A stretch of DNA of 64,000 nucleotides from Clostridium sp. CAG:710 (GCA_000432595.1 HF996851.1:24252-88251), one strand, 5' to 3'. Positions 29,823 to 39,464 are shown, counted from the stretch's first letter. Numbers and translations: made by a program. Notes: a model not told the origin generated them from the letters alone.

Positions 29823-30617
29823 ATGGATTTTGAAATAACATTATTAAGTATAAATGAATTAGATAATTGCATCAAGGAAATGCCTATAACTGATATATCA
29901 TTATTAATGGGGGGTAGTATTGAAACTATATTTAATGTTTCAAACGATTTAACATTTGCTGGTAGAGCAGGAACATATTATACTAAAGATTTTATAGATG
30001 GAAGTGTAATTTATTTAGATGGAACAGCCTCCTCAGTTCTAAGAGAAGATTCAGTACTTGACTCTTGCAAATCTATTCGTCCAGTTTTAAAATTTAATAA
30101 AGATTTAACTAAAGAGCTTAAAACAAAAAAAGTGATGCTTGGTATGTATCCACAATATGTAGTTGATTTAGAAAAACAAATAAAGATAGAAAAAAATTTT
30201 AAATATAAAAAATTATTATTAACTGGAAATTCATATACATTTCCAAATGGAAAAAGTTATGAATATGAATACAATGGTGAAAGATTTGTAAGAGTAATTA
30301 ATAATAGTAATTGCCCAGTAGTTTTATCTAATGGACTTATATATCACAAAGATTGGTATGCTTGGGTTAAAGTAGAACCAGTAATATGGATTGTAAAAGA
30401 AAATATGCTTGTCTCTTCAAAAGGCCTATTATCAGGGATCCCATTTAATAATTCACAAGAATTTAGTGAATTTAAGGATACCGTTATAAGTAGATTTATT
30501 AATGAAAACATAAAAAAAGAATTATTCCAAGATAAAAATCAAACAAGAATAATCGAAATAGAAAAAGACATTATTAAAAGTAAACAATATAAAATTAATT
30601 ATTTTGATATATTATGA
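29823..30617 (+). CDS. hypothetical protein
   Basis: 264-aa ORF with an AGGAG RBS. Contains SIRPVLKF and VEPVIWIV segments. No family assigned with confidence. Confidence 0.5.
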   Translation: MDFEITLLSINELDNCIKEMPITDISLLMGGSIETIFNVSNDLTFAGRAGTYYTKDFIDGSVIYLDGTASSVLREDSVLDSCKSIRPVLKFNKDLTKELKTKKVMLGMYPQYVVDLEKQIKIEKNFKYKKLLLTGNSYTFPNGKSYEYEYNGERFVRVINNSNCPVVLSNGLIYHKDWYAWVKVEPVIWIVKENMLVSSKGLLSGIPFNNSQEFSEFKDTVISRFINENIKKELFQDKNQTRIIEIEKDIIKSKQYKINYFDIL

Positions 30618-30668
30618 TATATATAGACTTTAACTTATTAATTATGATACAATTGTGTAGGTGATTAT

Positions 30669-31334
30669 ATGAAAGAATTATTTGATAGACTTAATATTAA
30701 GCCTAAAAACTTAGAATTATATACAACTGCTTTTTCACATTCATCATATGTGAATGAAAATCACATTAAAAGTGACTATGAAAGATTAGAATTTTTAGGA
30801 GACGCAGTCTTAGAACTAGTCGCAAGTGATTATTTATATAAAACCAAAACAATAAATGAGGGTGAAATGACCAAGTTAAGAGCTAGTTATGTATGTGAAA
30901 ATGCATGTTATGAATATTCTAAAGATTTAAACTTAAGTAAATATATTAAAGTTGGACATGGTGAAGAAATAGATGGTGGAAGATATAAAAAAGTAATATT
31001 AGCTGATATATTTGAAGCACTAATGGGTGCAATATACCTAGATTTAGGATTCTCTACTGCAAAAAGAGTAATTGATAGTATTGTTATTCCATATGTAGAA
31101 GATCCAAATATATTATTTTTTAGCGACTATAAGTCAGCTTTGCAAGAATATGTTCAAACTAAACAAAAAAGTTTAGAATATGAAGTTGTTCTTGAACAAG
31201 GACCTGCACACAACAAGCTATTTACAACAGTTGTAAAAATTGATGGTATTATATATGGAAAAGGAAGTGCTGGTTCTAAAAAAGAAGCAGAACAAGAGGC
31301 AGCACGTGATGCATTAAAGATACTTGCTAGATAG
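30669..31334 (+). CDS. rnc: ribonuclease III
   Basis: ERLEFLGDAVLELV signature and a C-terminal dsRBD (GPAHNKLF...GSKKEAEQEAARDAL). Confidence 0.93.
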   Translation: MKELFDRLNIKPKNLELYTTAFSHSSYVNENHIKSDYERLEFLGDAVLELVASDYLYKTKTINEGEMTKLRASYVCENACYEYSKDLNLSKYIKVGHGEEIDGGRYKKVILADIFEALMGAIYLDLGFSTAKRVIDSIVIPYVEDPNILFFSDYKSALQEYVQTKQKSLEYEVVLEQGPAHNKLFTTVVKIDGIIYGKGSAGSKKEAEQEAARDALKILAR

Positions 31335-31414
31335 TAATATCTTTTCTTTTTTTAAAAAATATGGTATAATTAGAAAGCTTTTATCAAGTGTATATATAAA
31401 GAAAGGAGAAAAAA

Positions 31415-33067
31415 ATGAGTAAAATTAAAATTTTTAGTTTAGGTGGACTAAACGAAAACGGTAAAAACATGTATGTAGTCGATGTTGATGATAATATATT
31501 TATATTTGATGCAGGACTTAAATACGGTAATGATAAGATGTTGGGTATTGATTATATTTTACCTGACTATACTTATATAAAAGAAAATAAGGATAAAATA
31601 AAGGGTATATTTTTAACACACGGTCATGATTCAAATATGGGTGCTACTGCAGATATTTTATATGACATGCCAGATTTACCTATATATGCAACTAAATATA
31701 CAATGGAAATATTAAAAATTGATTTAGAGGAAAACAATATTAAGGCAACTAATTTAAAAGAAATTAGACCTCATTCTAAATTAACATTTGGAGATCTAGC
31801 TGTTTTTCCAATAAGTGTAACACATTCAATCCCAGATGCAGTATGTTATGTTTTATATACTAAAGATGGAGCTATTGTATATACAGGAGACTTTGTATTT
31901 GATTCAACTATGATGAAAAATTATAAAACAGATATTGGTAAACTTGCTTATGTTGGAAAACAAGGTGTACTATGTCTATTAAGTGAATCAATATATGCAG
32001 AAAAACCTGGACATACTAGTCCAAACAATAGGGTAAGCGACTTTGTCGCAGATGTATTTGCTAAAACCAGTGATAGAATTATTGCTACTATAATGACTGC
32101 ACACATATATAGAGTCCAAGAAATATTTAATGAAGTAATGGAGACTAAAAGAAAAGTTGTTATAATGGGCAAAAGCCTTCAGCACTTAATAAATAGATCT
32201 ATAGATTTAGGTTATATTGATTTTGATAAAGATAGAATTGGAGACTTATCTAATTTAAATGATAAGGGTGTAGTAGTACTAATAAGTGATGAAAAAGAAA
32301 AACCATTTATGAATCTAGAAAGAATAATAAGAGGATTTGATAAATATATCAAATTAAAAGATACAGATACTATTTTTATAACTGAACCAAGTTATGAAGG
32401 AATAGAAAGAAGACTTGCTCTTATTATGGATGAGATTGCAATGGCTAATGTAAATGTTGTATGCTTATCATCTAAGAAACATTTATTACACCATGCATCA
32501 CGAGAAGATTTAATGCTTATGATTAACCTTATGAATCCTAAATATTATTTTCCGGTAAAAGGAGAATATCGTCATCAAGTAATGAATGCAGAAATCGCAG
32601 AAGAAGTAGGTATACCAAAAGAAAACATAATCTTAAAACAAAATGGCGATGTAGCTACTTTTGTAGATGGTAATTTAACTGATGATATTGAACACGTTAA
32701 TGTTGATGAAATATTAATTGATGGAAAAAGCCAAGGAGATATAGGAGATCTTGTTTTAAAAGATAGAGAAATGCTTGGAGAAAATGGTATTGTTATAATA
32801 AGTGCCACTCTTGATAAAGCAACAAAACAAATTCTAGCTGGACCTGAGGTTCTAACTAGAGGATTTGTATATGTTAAAGAAAGTGGAGACTTAATAAAAG
32901 AAACTCAAGATATATGCTTGGAAATACTTAAAAATAACATAGAAATATCTTCTTCAAGAGTTGACTATACAACTATAAAAAATGAGGTAAGAGAAAAGCT
33001 TGGAAAGTTCTATTACAAAGAGACAGAAAGTAAGCCAATGATTATCACTGTTATACAAGAAGTCTAA
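31415..33067 (+). CDS. RNase J-family protein with a degenerate metal-binding site (J2-like)
   Basis: Collinear with RNase J (GGLNENGKNMYVV, THSIPDA, TGDFVFD, beta-CASP and C-terminal domain). But HGHEDH reads HGHDSN and PVHGE reads PVKGE. Confidence 0.85.
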   Translation: MSKIKIFSLGGLNENGKNMYVVDVDDNIFIFDAGLKYGNDKMLGIDYILPDYTYIKENKDKIKGIFLTHGHDSNMGATADILYDMPDLPIYATKYTMEILKIDLEENNIKATNLKEIRPHSKLTFGDLAVFPISVTHSIPDAVCYVLYTKDGAIVYTGDFVFDSTMMKNYKTDIGKLAYVGKQGVLCLLSESIYAEKPGHTSPNNRVSDFVADVFAKTSDRIIATIMTAHIYRVQEIFNEVMETKRKVVIMGKSLQHLINRSIDLGYIDFDKDRIGDLSNLNDKGVVVLISDEKEKPFMNLERIIRGFDKYIKLKDTDTIFITEPSYEGIERRLALIMDEIAMANVNVVCLSSKKHLLHHASREDLMLMINLMNPKYYFPVKGEYRHQVMNAEIAEEVGIPKENIILKQNGDVATFVDGNLTDDIEHVNVDEILIDGKSQGDIGDLVLKDREMLGENGIVIISATLDKATKQILAGPEVLTRGFVYVKESGDLIKETQDICLEILKNNIEISSSRVDYTTIKNEVREKLGKFYYKETESKPMIITVIQEV

Positions 33068-33114
33068 AATTTAACGAAATTTTACAAAAAAAGCCAAAAA
33101 ATGTCGAAAATATG

Positions 33115-33143
33115 TTGAGTTACTAGAAAAGTTGTGATATAAT
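33115..33143 (+). promoter_or_regulatory. candidate sigma-A promoter of rpsU
   Basis: TTGAGT (33115-33120), 17-nt spacer, extended -10 TGaTATAAT (33135-33143). Confidence 0.55.
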
Positions 33144-33178
33144 TTTTTCTAGTTGAAAACGGAAGGAGGGGAAGTTGA

Positions 33179-33373
33179 ATGACAAGAGTTTCAGTTAAGA
33201 ATGGTGGCTTAGATGCAGCGCTTAAAAAATTTAAACAAAAATTAGCAAGAGACGGAGTTCCTTCTGAAAAACGTAAAAGAGAATTTTATGACAAACCTGG
33301 TATTAGAAGAAGAGAGGCAAAAAAAGCCGGAATAAAGAACGCACGTAAAAGAAATAAGGCTAACAAAGATTAG
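33179..33373 (+). CDS. rpsU: 30S ribosomal protein S21
   Basis: Small basic protein: VKNGGLDAALKKFK...EKRKREFYDKPGIRRREAKK. GGAGGGG RBS. Confidence 0.93.
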   Translation: MTRVSVKNGGLDAALKKFKQKLARDGVPSEKRKREFYDKPGIRRREAKKAGIKNARKRNKANKD

Positions 33374-33436
33374 TCTTTTTTTATTGAAATTTTTAGTTAG
33401 TTTATATTATAATAATAATGAACTGGAGATGATTAT

Positions 33437-33886
33437 ATGAATTTACTAGAAAAGATGAAAAGTGATTTAATTACTGCAATGAAAGAAAAAGATAAAGAGC
33501 GTCTTACTGTATTAAGAATGGTGAAAGGTGCTATTCAACTTGAAGTGATTAATAATAAAAAAGAAGAAAATGAAGAATTATTAATTGATGTTGTTTCTAA
33601 ACAAATTAAAATGAGAAAAGAATCTATTTCTGAATTTGAAAAAGGTGGAAGAAATGATTTAATTGAAGCTACCCAAAAGGAAATTGATATATTATCTGAA
33701 TATTTACCAAAACAATTATCTAGTGAAGAAATAGATGCAATCATTGATAATGTATTTAAGAAAGTAAATCCAACTAGCCCAAAAGATATGGGAGCCATTA
33801 TGAAGGAAGCTACACCATTATTAAAGGGAAAAGCTGATATGAAAGAAGTAAGTAATAAAATCAAGGATAGAATTAATTCTTTATAA
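33437..33886 (+). CDS. GatB/YqeY domain protein
   Basis: LKSDLITAMKEKDKERLTVLRMVKGAIQ and ILSEYLPKQLSSEE. rpsU-yqeY synteny. Confidence 0.85.
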   Translation: MNLLEKMKSDLITAMKEKDKERLTVLRMVKGAIQLEVINNKKEENEELLIDVVSKQIKMRKESISEFEKGGRNDLIEATQKEIDILSEYLPKQLSSEEIDAIIDNVFKKVNPTSPKDMGAIMKEATPLLKGKADMKEVSNKIKDRINSL

Positions 33887-33896
33887 TTCTTTTCTT

Positions 33897-33970
33897 GCCG
33901 ATATAGTTTAGTGGCAAAACAGGTCCTTGGTAAGGATCAGAGGACAGTCCGATTCTGTCTATCGGCACCA
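33897..33970 (+). tRNA. tRNA-Thr (anticodon GGT) with an atypical T-loop
   Basis: Manual fold: acceptor GCCGATA/TATCGGC, D stem GTTT/AAAC with loop AGTGGCA, anticodon stem GGTCC/GGATC with loop TTGGTAA, 4-nt variable loop, T stem GACAG/CTGTC with loop TCCGATT, discriminator A, encoded CCA. Confidence 0.6.
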
Positions 33971-34009
33971 TTGGCGAATCTGTTCAAACTATTCGAACTT
34001 ATATATATG

Positions 34010-34035
34010 AATCAATCAGAAATGATTGATTTTTT
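34010..34035 (+). terminator. terminator after the tRNA
   Basis: ATCAATCA (34011-34018) pairs with TGATTGAT (34023-34030), then T5. Confidence 0.85.
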
Positions 34036-34066
34036 CGCTTTTTTTTGAAAAAATCATAGAAAGGAT

Positions 34067-34756
34067 TTGTCTATGGTAAATATTATTACAGAAGAAATTG
34101 AAATTGAAGAATCTTTAGAACCAAAGTTAAGAGTAATATGTGATTTTTGTAATACTATTCCAATAATAATAAATGGAAGTATTAGAAGAATTGATAAAAC
34201 TAATTTAACTTATATTGAGCCACATAGAATATATATTAAAAGCAATTTATATCTAGCATTTAATTATTCAAGTGATATATATGTTAATAACCTAGGTAAG
34301 AAGATTAAATTATATTTAATTAAAGAATTTGAAAGATTAAAAAGAAACGAAACATATCAAGAAAAAATAGAATGGCATGCAAATAGATTATTGTCAAAAT
34401 TAAATATGTTGTTCATACTGATGCAATAAAGAAATATATTGTTCCAAATTTAACAGAACAACAAATTAAATTCGTTTATGCAAATGAAGCAGATGTATTA
34501 AATGTTGCTTTATTTGGTATGACAGATAAAAAATGGATAGAAGATAACCCAGAACTTGCTAAAAATGGAAAATATTAGAGATTATACAGATTTACTTCAT
34601 CTAATAATTTTAAATAATTTAGAAAACACAAATGCAGAATTAATTAGAATGAATATAAAGCAATCTGATAGATTAATTAGTTTAAATGAATCTGCAAGGA
34701 ATCAAATGGAAGCATTAAAAAATAATAAAAATATTAAAGAACTAGAAGTATTATAA
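34067..34756 (+). pseudogene. decayed KilA-N/antirepressor-associated C-terminal-type gene (two frameshifts)
   Basis: Three collinear pieces: frame 2 (..KLYLIKEFERLK..SKLN), frame 1 from 34387 (YVVHTDAIKKYIVPNLTEQQIKFVYANEADVLNVALFGMT..NPELAKNG) and frame 2 again (NIRDYTDLLHLIILNNLENTNAELI...RLISLNESARNQM). Together they match a family consensus I recall. Confidence 0.5.
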
Positions 34757-34813
34757 CAACAAGTTAATAATGAAGATAATAAGTATTTAATTGATAGTAA
34801 ATAATTTAAGAAA

Positions 34814-34841
34814 TTGACATTTATAAAATATAGTGTATAAT
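34814..34841 (+). promoter_or_regulatory. orphan consensus promoter
   Basis: TTGACA (34814-34819), 16-nt spacer, TATAAT (34836-34841). Confidence 0.5.
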
Positions 34842-34847
34842 AATCAA

Positions 34848-34953
34848 GTAAGTGAGGAGATATAAGATATTATTATTAAGCTATCTCGGGTATTAACCTA
34901 CACGAACTTTCAAAAGTACGGAGTCACGAATTAGTGATTTACCGTGCTTTTTT
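34848..34953 (+). ncRNA. candidate ~100-nt small RNA or leader
   Basis: Bounded by the promoter above and by an imperfect hairpin (34916-34947) plus T6 (34948-34953). Has a strong GTGAGGAGA but no ATG/GTG/TTG at start distance. Confidence 0.3.
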
Positions 34954-35067
34954 CTATTTTTAAATGGTAATTCACAAGAAAAGAAAGGAAGCGAATATTA
35001 GTATGGAAAACAAGAAATTGGAAAATTTTATGCAACATCGTTTAATGATATTGCTTTTGAGTTTATT

Positions 35068-35361
35068 GTGTTTGATGATACTACAATAGATTGTCCTACT
35101 TTAGGCTTACAAGATTATAATTATATTGAACTGAAACCAAGATTTGAATTACACGGACATAAAGTAGATGAAGAATTATTTGATTATTTAAAACACAATG
35201 GAATGATTAGATATAGTAATGATATGGCTTATCTTTATGGATTTACTGATACAAAAGGTTATGATAGTAATCCAAGACATTATGGTGTAGGTAGTCCTTA
35301 TAAATGGGCAAAGAAAAAAGAACCTATATTAGTAATGCAAAGAAAAGGACAATTAAATTAG
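35068..35361 (+). CDS. hypothetical protein (start uncertain, possibly frameshifted)
   Basis: GTG-start ORF whose frame is open from 35002. An RBS-preceded ATG at 35003 sits in a different frame. Confidence 0.3.
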   Translation: MFDDTTIDCPTLGLQDYNYIELKPRFELHGHKVDEELFDYLKHNGMIRYSNDMAYLYGFTDTKGYDSNPRHYGVGSPYKWAKKKEPILVMQRKGQLN

Positions 35362-35467
35362 AATAAAGCACAATAACTTAATATAAAAAGTATTATGCTT
35401 CTTATATTGCTAATAAGAAAATAGAAAAATATGATATAATTAAATAGAAAAATAGGAAGTGATTGAA

Positions 35468-36448
35468 TTGAATATTATTGAAGTAAAAAATCTTTCAAAA
35501 GATTATAAATATAAAGTTAGAAATGAAGAAAAAGTTTTTTTATATAATTTATTTAATGAACAAGAAAAAGTTGTAAAAGCCGTTAATAATATTTCCTTTA
35601 ATGTTGAAGAAGGAGAAACAGTTGCATTTATTGGACCAAATGGTGCTGGTAAATCAACTACTATAAAAATGTTAACAGGTATTTTATACCCAACAAAAGG
35701 TGATATCAAAATATGCGGTTTAACTCCAATTAAAGATAGAAATAAACTTGCTTATAAGATTGGTACTGTATTTGGACAAAGAAGTCAATTATTACCAAAT
35801 TTACCATTAACAGAAAGTATGGAAATGTTTGGTGCAATGTATGATATGGATAAAGTTGCAATAAAGAAAAGAATAAATGAATTATCAGAATTATTTGATT
35901 TGAAAGAATTTATTAAGCAACCAGTTAGAAAACTTTCTTTAGGTCAAAGAATGCGAGCTGAAATTGCAACATCTTTAATACATAGCCCTAAAATTATATT
36001 TTTGGATGAGCCAACTATTGGACTTGATGTTGTCTCTAAAAAAAGTTTAAGGGATTTATTATTAAAGATTAATAAAGAAGAAAAAGTTACAATTTTTTTA
36101 ACAAGTCATGATACTGAAGATATTCAAAGTATCTGTGATAGATGTGTAATCATAAATCACGGAAAAATAATTATTGATACTTCGACAAAGCAATTAATAA
36201 GTGATTATGTTAAAAATAAAAATATAATTATAACTCCAAATGTAGAGTTTATAGAATTTCCAGAATTATCAGCTGGTATGACATATATTAAAAAAAGTAA
36301 GAATCAAGTAATAGTTGGAGTTGATACTGAAAAAATACATACTCAAAAAGCCTTACAAGAATTAATTAAAGTTTTTGATATTGATGATGTTAATATAGAT
36401 AATGAATCACTTGAAAATATTATAAGGAGTATTTATGAAAAAAATTAA
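35468..36448 (+). CDS. ABC transporter ATP-binding protein (COG4586-type)
   Basis: Walker [10 protein letters not shown], signature LSLGQRMR, Walker [14 protein letters not shown]-loop SHD. TTG 35468 lies 8 nt after AGGAAG and gives [13 protein letters not shown]. Confidence 0.9.
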   Translation: MNIIEVKNLSKDYKYKVRNEEKVFLYNLFNEQEKVVKAVNNISFNVEEGETVAFIGPNGAGKSTTIKMLTGILYPTKGDIKICGLTPIKDRNKLAYKIGTVFGQRSQLLPNLPLTESMEMFGAMYDMDKVAIKKRINELSELFDLKEFIKQPVRKLSLGQRMRAEIATSLIHSPKIIFLDEPTIGLDVVSKKSLRDLLLKINKEEKVTIFLTSHDTEDIQSICDRCVIINHGKIIIDTSTKQLISDYVKNKNIIITPNVEFIEFPELSAGMTYIKKSKNQVIVGVDTEKIHTQKALQELIKVFDIDDVNIDNESLENIIRSIYEKN

Positions 36449-37232
36449 GTTTGCTTTTACTGTCATAAAAATATTCATGAAAAATCAAATGCAAGATAGA
36501 ACAAACTTAATATTAGATGTTTTCAATATGGTATCCAGGTGCTTGATTGTATTCTTATTATATGCTTATATATTTAAGTTGCAAGGTGGAAGTATTAATG
36601 GAGTAGACTACAAAACAACAATGTGGAGCATGTTTATTTATTTTTGCATTATGATTTTAAATATTAGAAGATTAGATAATATTATAATGACAGAAGTTAA
36701 AAGTGGGAATGTTGAAATGTTTATGAATAAACCCACTAATTATTTAACAATTAGTTTTATGAAAGTAATTGGTCAAGGTATATTTTCATTCTTATTCATA
36801 AGCATCTTAGGATCTATAATTATGGCGTTATCTGTAGGTATTCCTAACTTAAATTTATCAGTTTTTATACCTACATTTATAATTACATTATTTTTAGGTC
36901 AAATATTAGGTTTATTAATATATGGAATAATAGGGCTTATGGCATTTTTTATACAGGATATACGACCAATACATTGGATAGTAGATAAATTTGTAATGAT
37001 ACTTGGTGGAAGTTATTTACCAATATCAATGTTTCCAAATTTTATGAAAATAATTGCTTATGTAAGTCCATTTGGTGCAATTAATTTTGCTTCAAGTACC
37101 GTGTATGATTCTTGGAATAATGAGTTTGTTATGAGAATTGCATTGCAATTGTTATGGATAGGTATTTTTGGTATATTAATGCACTATGTATATAAAAAAT
37201 CAAAAGAAAAGGCAATGATAAATGGAGGTTAA
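36435..37232 (+). CDS. ABC-2-type transporter permease
   Basis: 265 aa with about six hydrophobic segments. Overlaps the ATPase stop. Confidence 0.7.
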   Translation: MKKIKFAFTVIKIFMKNQMQDRTNLILDVFNMVSRCLIVFLLYAYIFKLQGGSINGVDYKTTMWSMFIYFCIMILNIRRLDNIIMTEVKSGNVEMFMNKPTNYLTISFMKVIGQGIFSFLFISILGSIIMALSVGIPNLNLSVFIPTFIITLFLGQILGLLIYGIIGLMAFFIQDIRPIHWIVDKFVMILGGSYLPISMFPNFMKIIAYVSPFGAINFASSTVYDSWNNEFVMRIALQLLWIGIFGILMHYVYKKSKEKAMINGG

Positions 37233-37234
37233 TT

Positions 37235-38026
37235 ATGGGAAGTGTTAAATTAGCTTTATTAAATATAAAGAAAAACTTTAGAAACGAAAAAGAATTGAAA
37301 AGTTCCTTCATTATTTCAGTTGTAGGTATGGCAATAAATAATATATCATTCCTAATATTATGGTATTATTTTGGCAAAACAATAGGAGAATTAAATGGAT
37401 GGAAACCAATGGACATTTTTGGCTTATATGGTTTTGGGACTACTTCTTACGGTATTGTTGCATCATTGTTCTCTGGAATGTTTAATATTCCAAATTATAT
37501 AAGTAGCGGTAATTTTGACAAGTATTTATTAACCCCAAAGAATATACTTTTAAAAGTATCAACATCTAAAATATCAACAAGTGCTTTTGGCGATTTATTA
37601 TTCGGGATTGTTTGCTTTATTATATTTGCTTTTTGGAGTAAATTAACATTAATTCAATTATTATTATCAATTTTATTAGTAATAATTGCTTCTATAATTT
37701 TTTATTCATTTTCATTAATATGTATGAGTATATCATTTTATTTAATGGATGGTCATAATGTTTCGCAAGGTTTATATGGAATGTTTTTAAGTAACTCTTT
37801 ATATCATGGTGGAGCATTTACAGGATTATTAAGGGTAATATTTACATTTGTAATACCATCTTTATTGTTAGGAGCAATACCAGTTGAGATAGTAAAGAAT
37901 TTATCAATTTCTAATCTGATTATGATAATATTATCAACTATATTTTGGTTTATATTATCAATTATGTTCTTTTATAAATCATTAAAGAAATATGAAAGTA
38001 ACAATTTGTTTGGATTTGGAAGTTAA
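37235..38026 (+). CDS. ABC-2-type transporter permease
   Basis: 263 aa with about six hydrophobic segments, starting 3 nt after the previous stop. Confidence 0.7.
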   Translation: MGSVKLALLNIKKNFRNEKELKSSFIISVVGMAINNISFLILWYYFGKTIGELNGWKPMDIFGLYGFGTTSYGIVASLFSGMFNIPNYISSGNFDKYLLTPKNILLKVSTSKISTSAFGDLLFGIVCFIIFAFWSKLTLIQLLLSILLVIIASIIFYSFSLICMSISFYLMDGHNVSQGLYGMFLSNSLYHGGAFTGLLRVIFTFVIPSLLLGAIPVEIVKNLSISNLIMIILSTIFWFILSIMFFYKSLKKYESNNLFGFGS

Positions 38027-38191
38027 ACAAAGTAGCATAAAAATTATAGCTACTTTTTCTATTCTTTGGTAAAATATTATTAGAAATTGATATAAAACTA
38101 TAAATATTTCTAATTTGTGAGTAAAAGTTTGAAATAACTTAACCACTCGCACCATAGTGATTGATACTTGAACTTTCCAAGTTTAAAAAAT

Positions 38192-38217
38192 AAAAACTAA
38201 CCGCTGGTTAGTTTTTT
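38192..38217. terminator. hairpin with A run and T run (bidirectional terminator-like)
   Basis: ACTAACC (38196-38202) pairs with GGTTAGT (38206-38212). A run before, T6 after. Confidence 0.65.
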
Positions 38218-38293
38218 GTTGAAAAAGTCAAATAAAATATCATTTTATATAGGAAAAATCAGTTATTTGTGAACATTACTAATAGATTATAAT

Positions 38294-39028
38294 TTATTGA
38301 CTAAAACTATTATTATAAATATCCAGAAAAGAACTAACAAATCTTGCTTGTTCCTTTTCCTCAGCTGTTCCAGTAGTAACTTGCCAACCATAAGTTTTAT
38401 AATTTTTATAAGTAAAATTATTTAAAGGCAATAGATTAAATTCTTTTCGTATTAACTCTATTCCTTTAGAATAATCTTTCTTTAATCTGTTAAATGCTTT
38501 ATTAGGATTTTTAAATACAGCATAACCATATTTATTTGCTCCAATATCAAAATCAATATTTATCTTTCCAAATTTATTCACATCTACATTTCCTTTAATA
38601 TTACTATATTTAGTTACGTATATTTGTGAATACTTTAAATTGCTATCCAAAATATAACCCCACTTAACTAGCAATACTTTTCCTAATGTAGCGAATGCAA
38701 TGATGAACAAAGCTGAAGTAATAAGTATTAAGAACTTATTCTTTTTATTTTTATCATCACTAAATTTTAAAATTTCTAAAAGATTCTTTTCTGATTGCTT
38801 TTTTATTTCTTTTTCTTTTAAATGCTCTCCTGCAAATAACTCATTTAATGAGATTCCCAAAGTATAACAAAGTTCTTGCATAATTGAAGCATCTGGAAGA
38901 TTTAAACCTCTTTCCCATTTACTAACGGCATTTTTACTAACGCCTAATTTTTCTGCGAGTTGTTCTTGTGTGGTTTCTTTTGATTTTCTTGATTCCGAAA
39001 TAAATTTACCAATTTTTATTTGATTCAT
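38294..39028 (-). CDS. XRE-family HTH protein with a TM segment and an extracytoplasmic domain
   Basis: MNQIKIGKFISESRKSKETTQEQLAEKLGVSKNAVSKWERGLNLPD HTH_3 motif, then TM FLILITSALFIIAFATLGKVLLV. Confidence 0.8.
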   Translation of the reverse strand: MNQIKIGKFISESRKSKETTQEQLAEKLGVSKNAVSKWERGLNLPDASIMQELCYTLGISLNELFAGEHLKEKEIKKQSEKNLLEILKFSDDKNKKNKFLILITSALFIIAFATLGKVLLVKWGYILDSNLKYSQIYVTKYSNIKGNVDVNKFGKINIDFDIGANKYGYAVFKNPNKAFNRLKKDYSKGIELIRKEFNLLPLNNFTYKNYKTYGWQVTTGTAEEKEQARFVSSFLDIYNNSFSQ

Positions 39029-39464
39029 ATTTTCCTCCTTTCAAAAAAATCATACTATTTAAGAGTAAAAAATTACACATACCTAAGGTTTACAAATTAG
39101 GAAATATTATTTTTAAATTTTATATTTACTAAAAATCTATTTTATTAGAAGCAATTCTTTCAATTACTGAAGTATCAATCAATATTTATGTTTTTAAGTT
39201 TAATATTAATTTCATTTAATATATTATTCATATAATTATCAAAATAATATATTGGTTTAATTTAATGAAACAATTGCAGTTTTATCACTTTAATAATATT
39301 ATACTACAAATGTCAGTGTAACTGTTACTGTGTTTTTTTACTAAAGTTAAATAATTAAAAGTTGTTTAACTCTAAACTTTATGAAACCATAGCAATTGAT
39401 GTTTTAACTCTTCGAGTCCAAGTAATAAGTGCTAACTAGTTAGTTTTTGTTATTATTAGCCTTA

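Noticed and set aside
29678-29875. 65-aa minus-strand ORF between yidD and ORF 29823.
   Set aside because: It spans the divergent promoter region, overlaps the start of the plus-strand gene, and has no RBS and a low-complexity hydrophobic sequence.
38140-38155. ccactcgcaccatag resembles a tRNA 3' end (..GCACCA) and could be the distal att repeat of the tRNA-adjacent island.
   Set aside because: Only 6-7 nt match the tRNA-Thr 3' end (ggcacca), which is too short to distinguish from chance.
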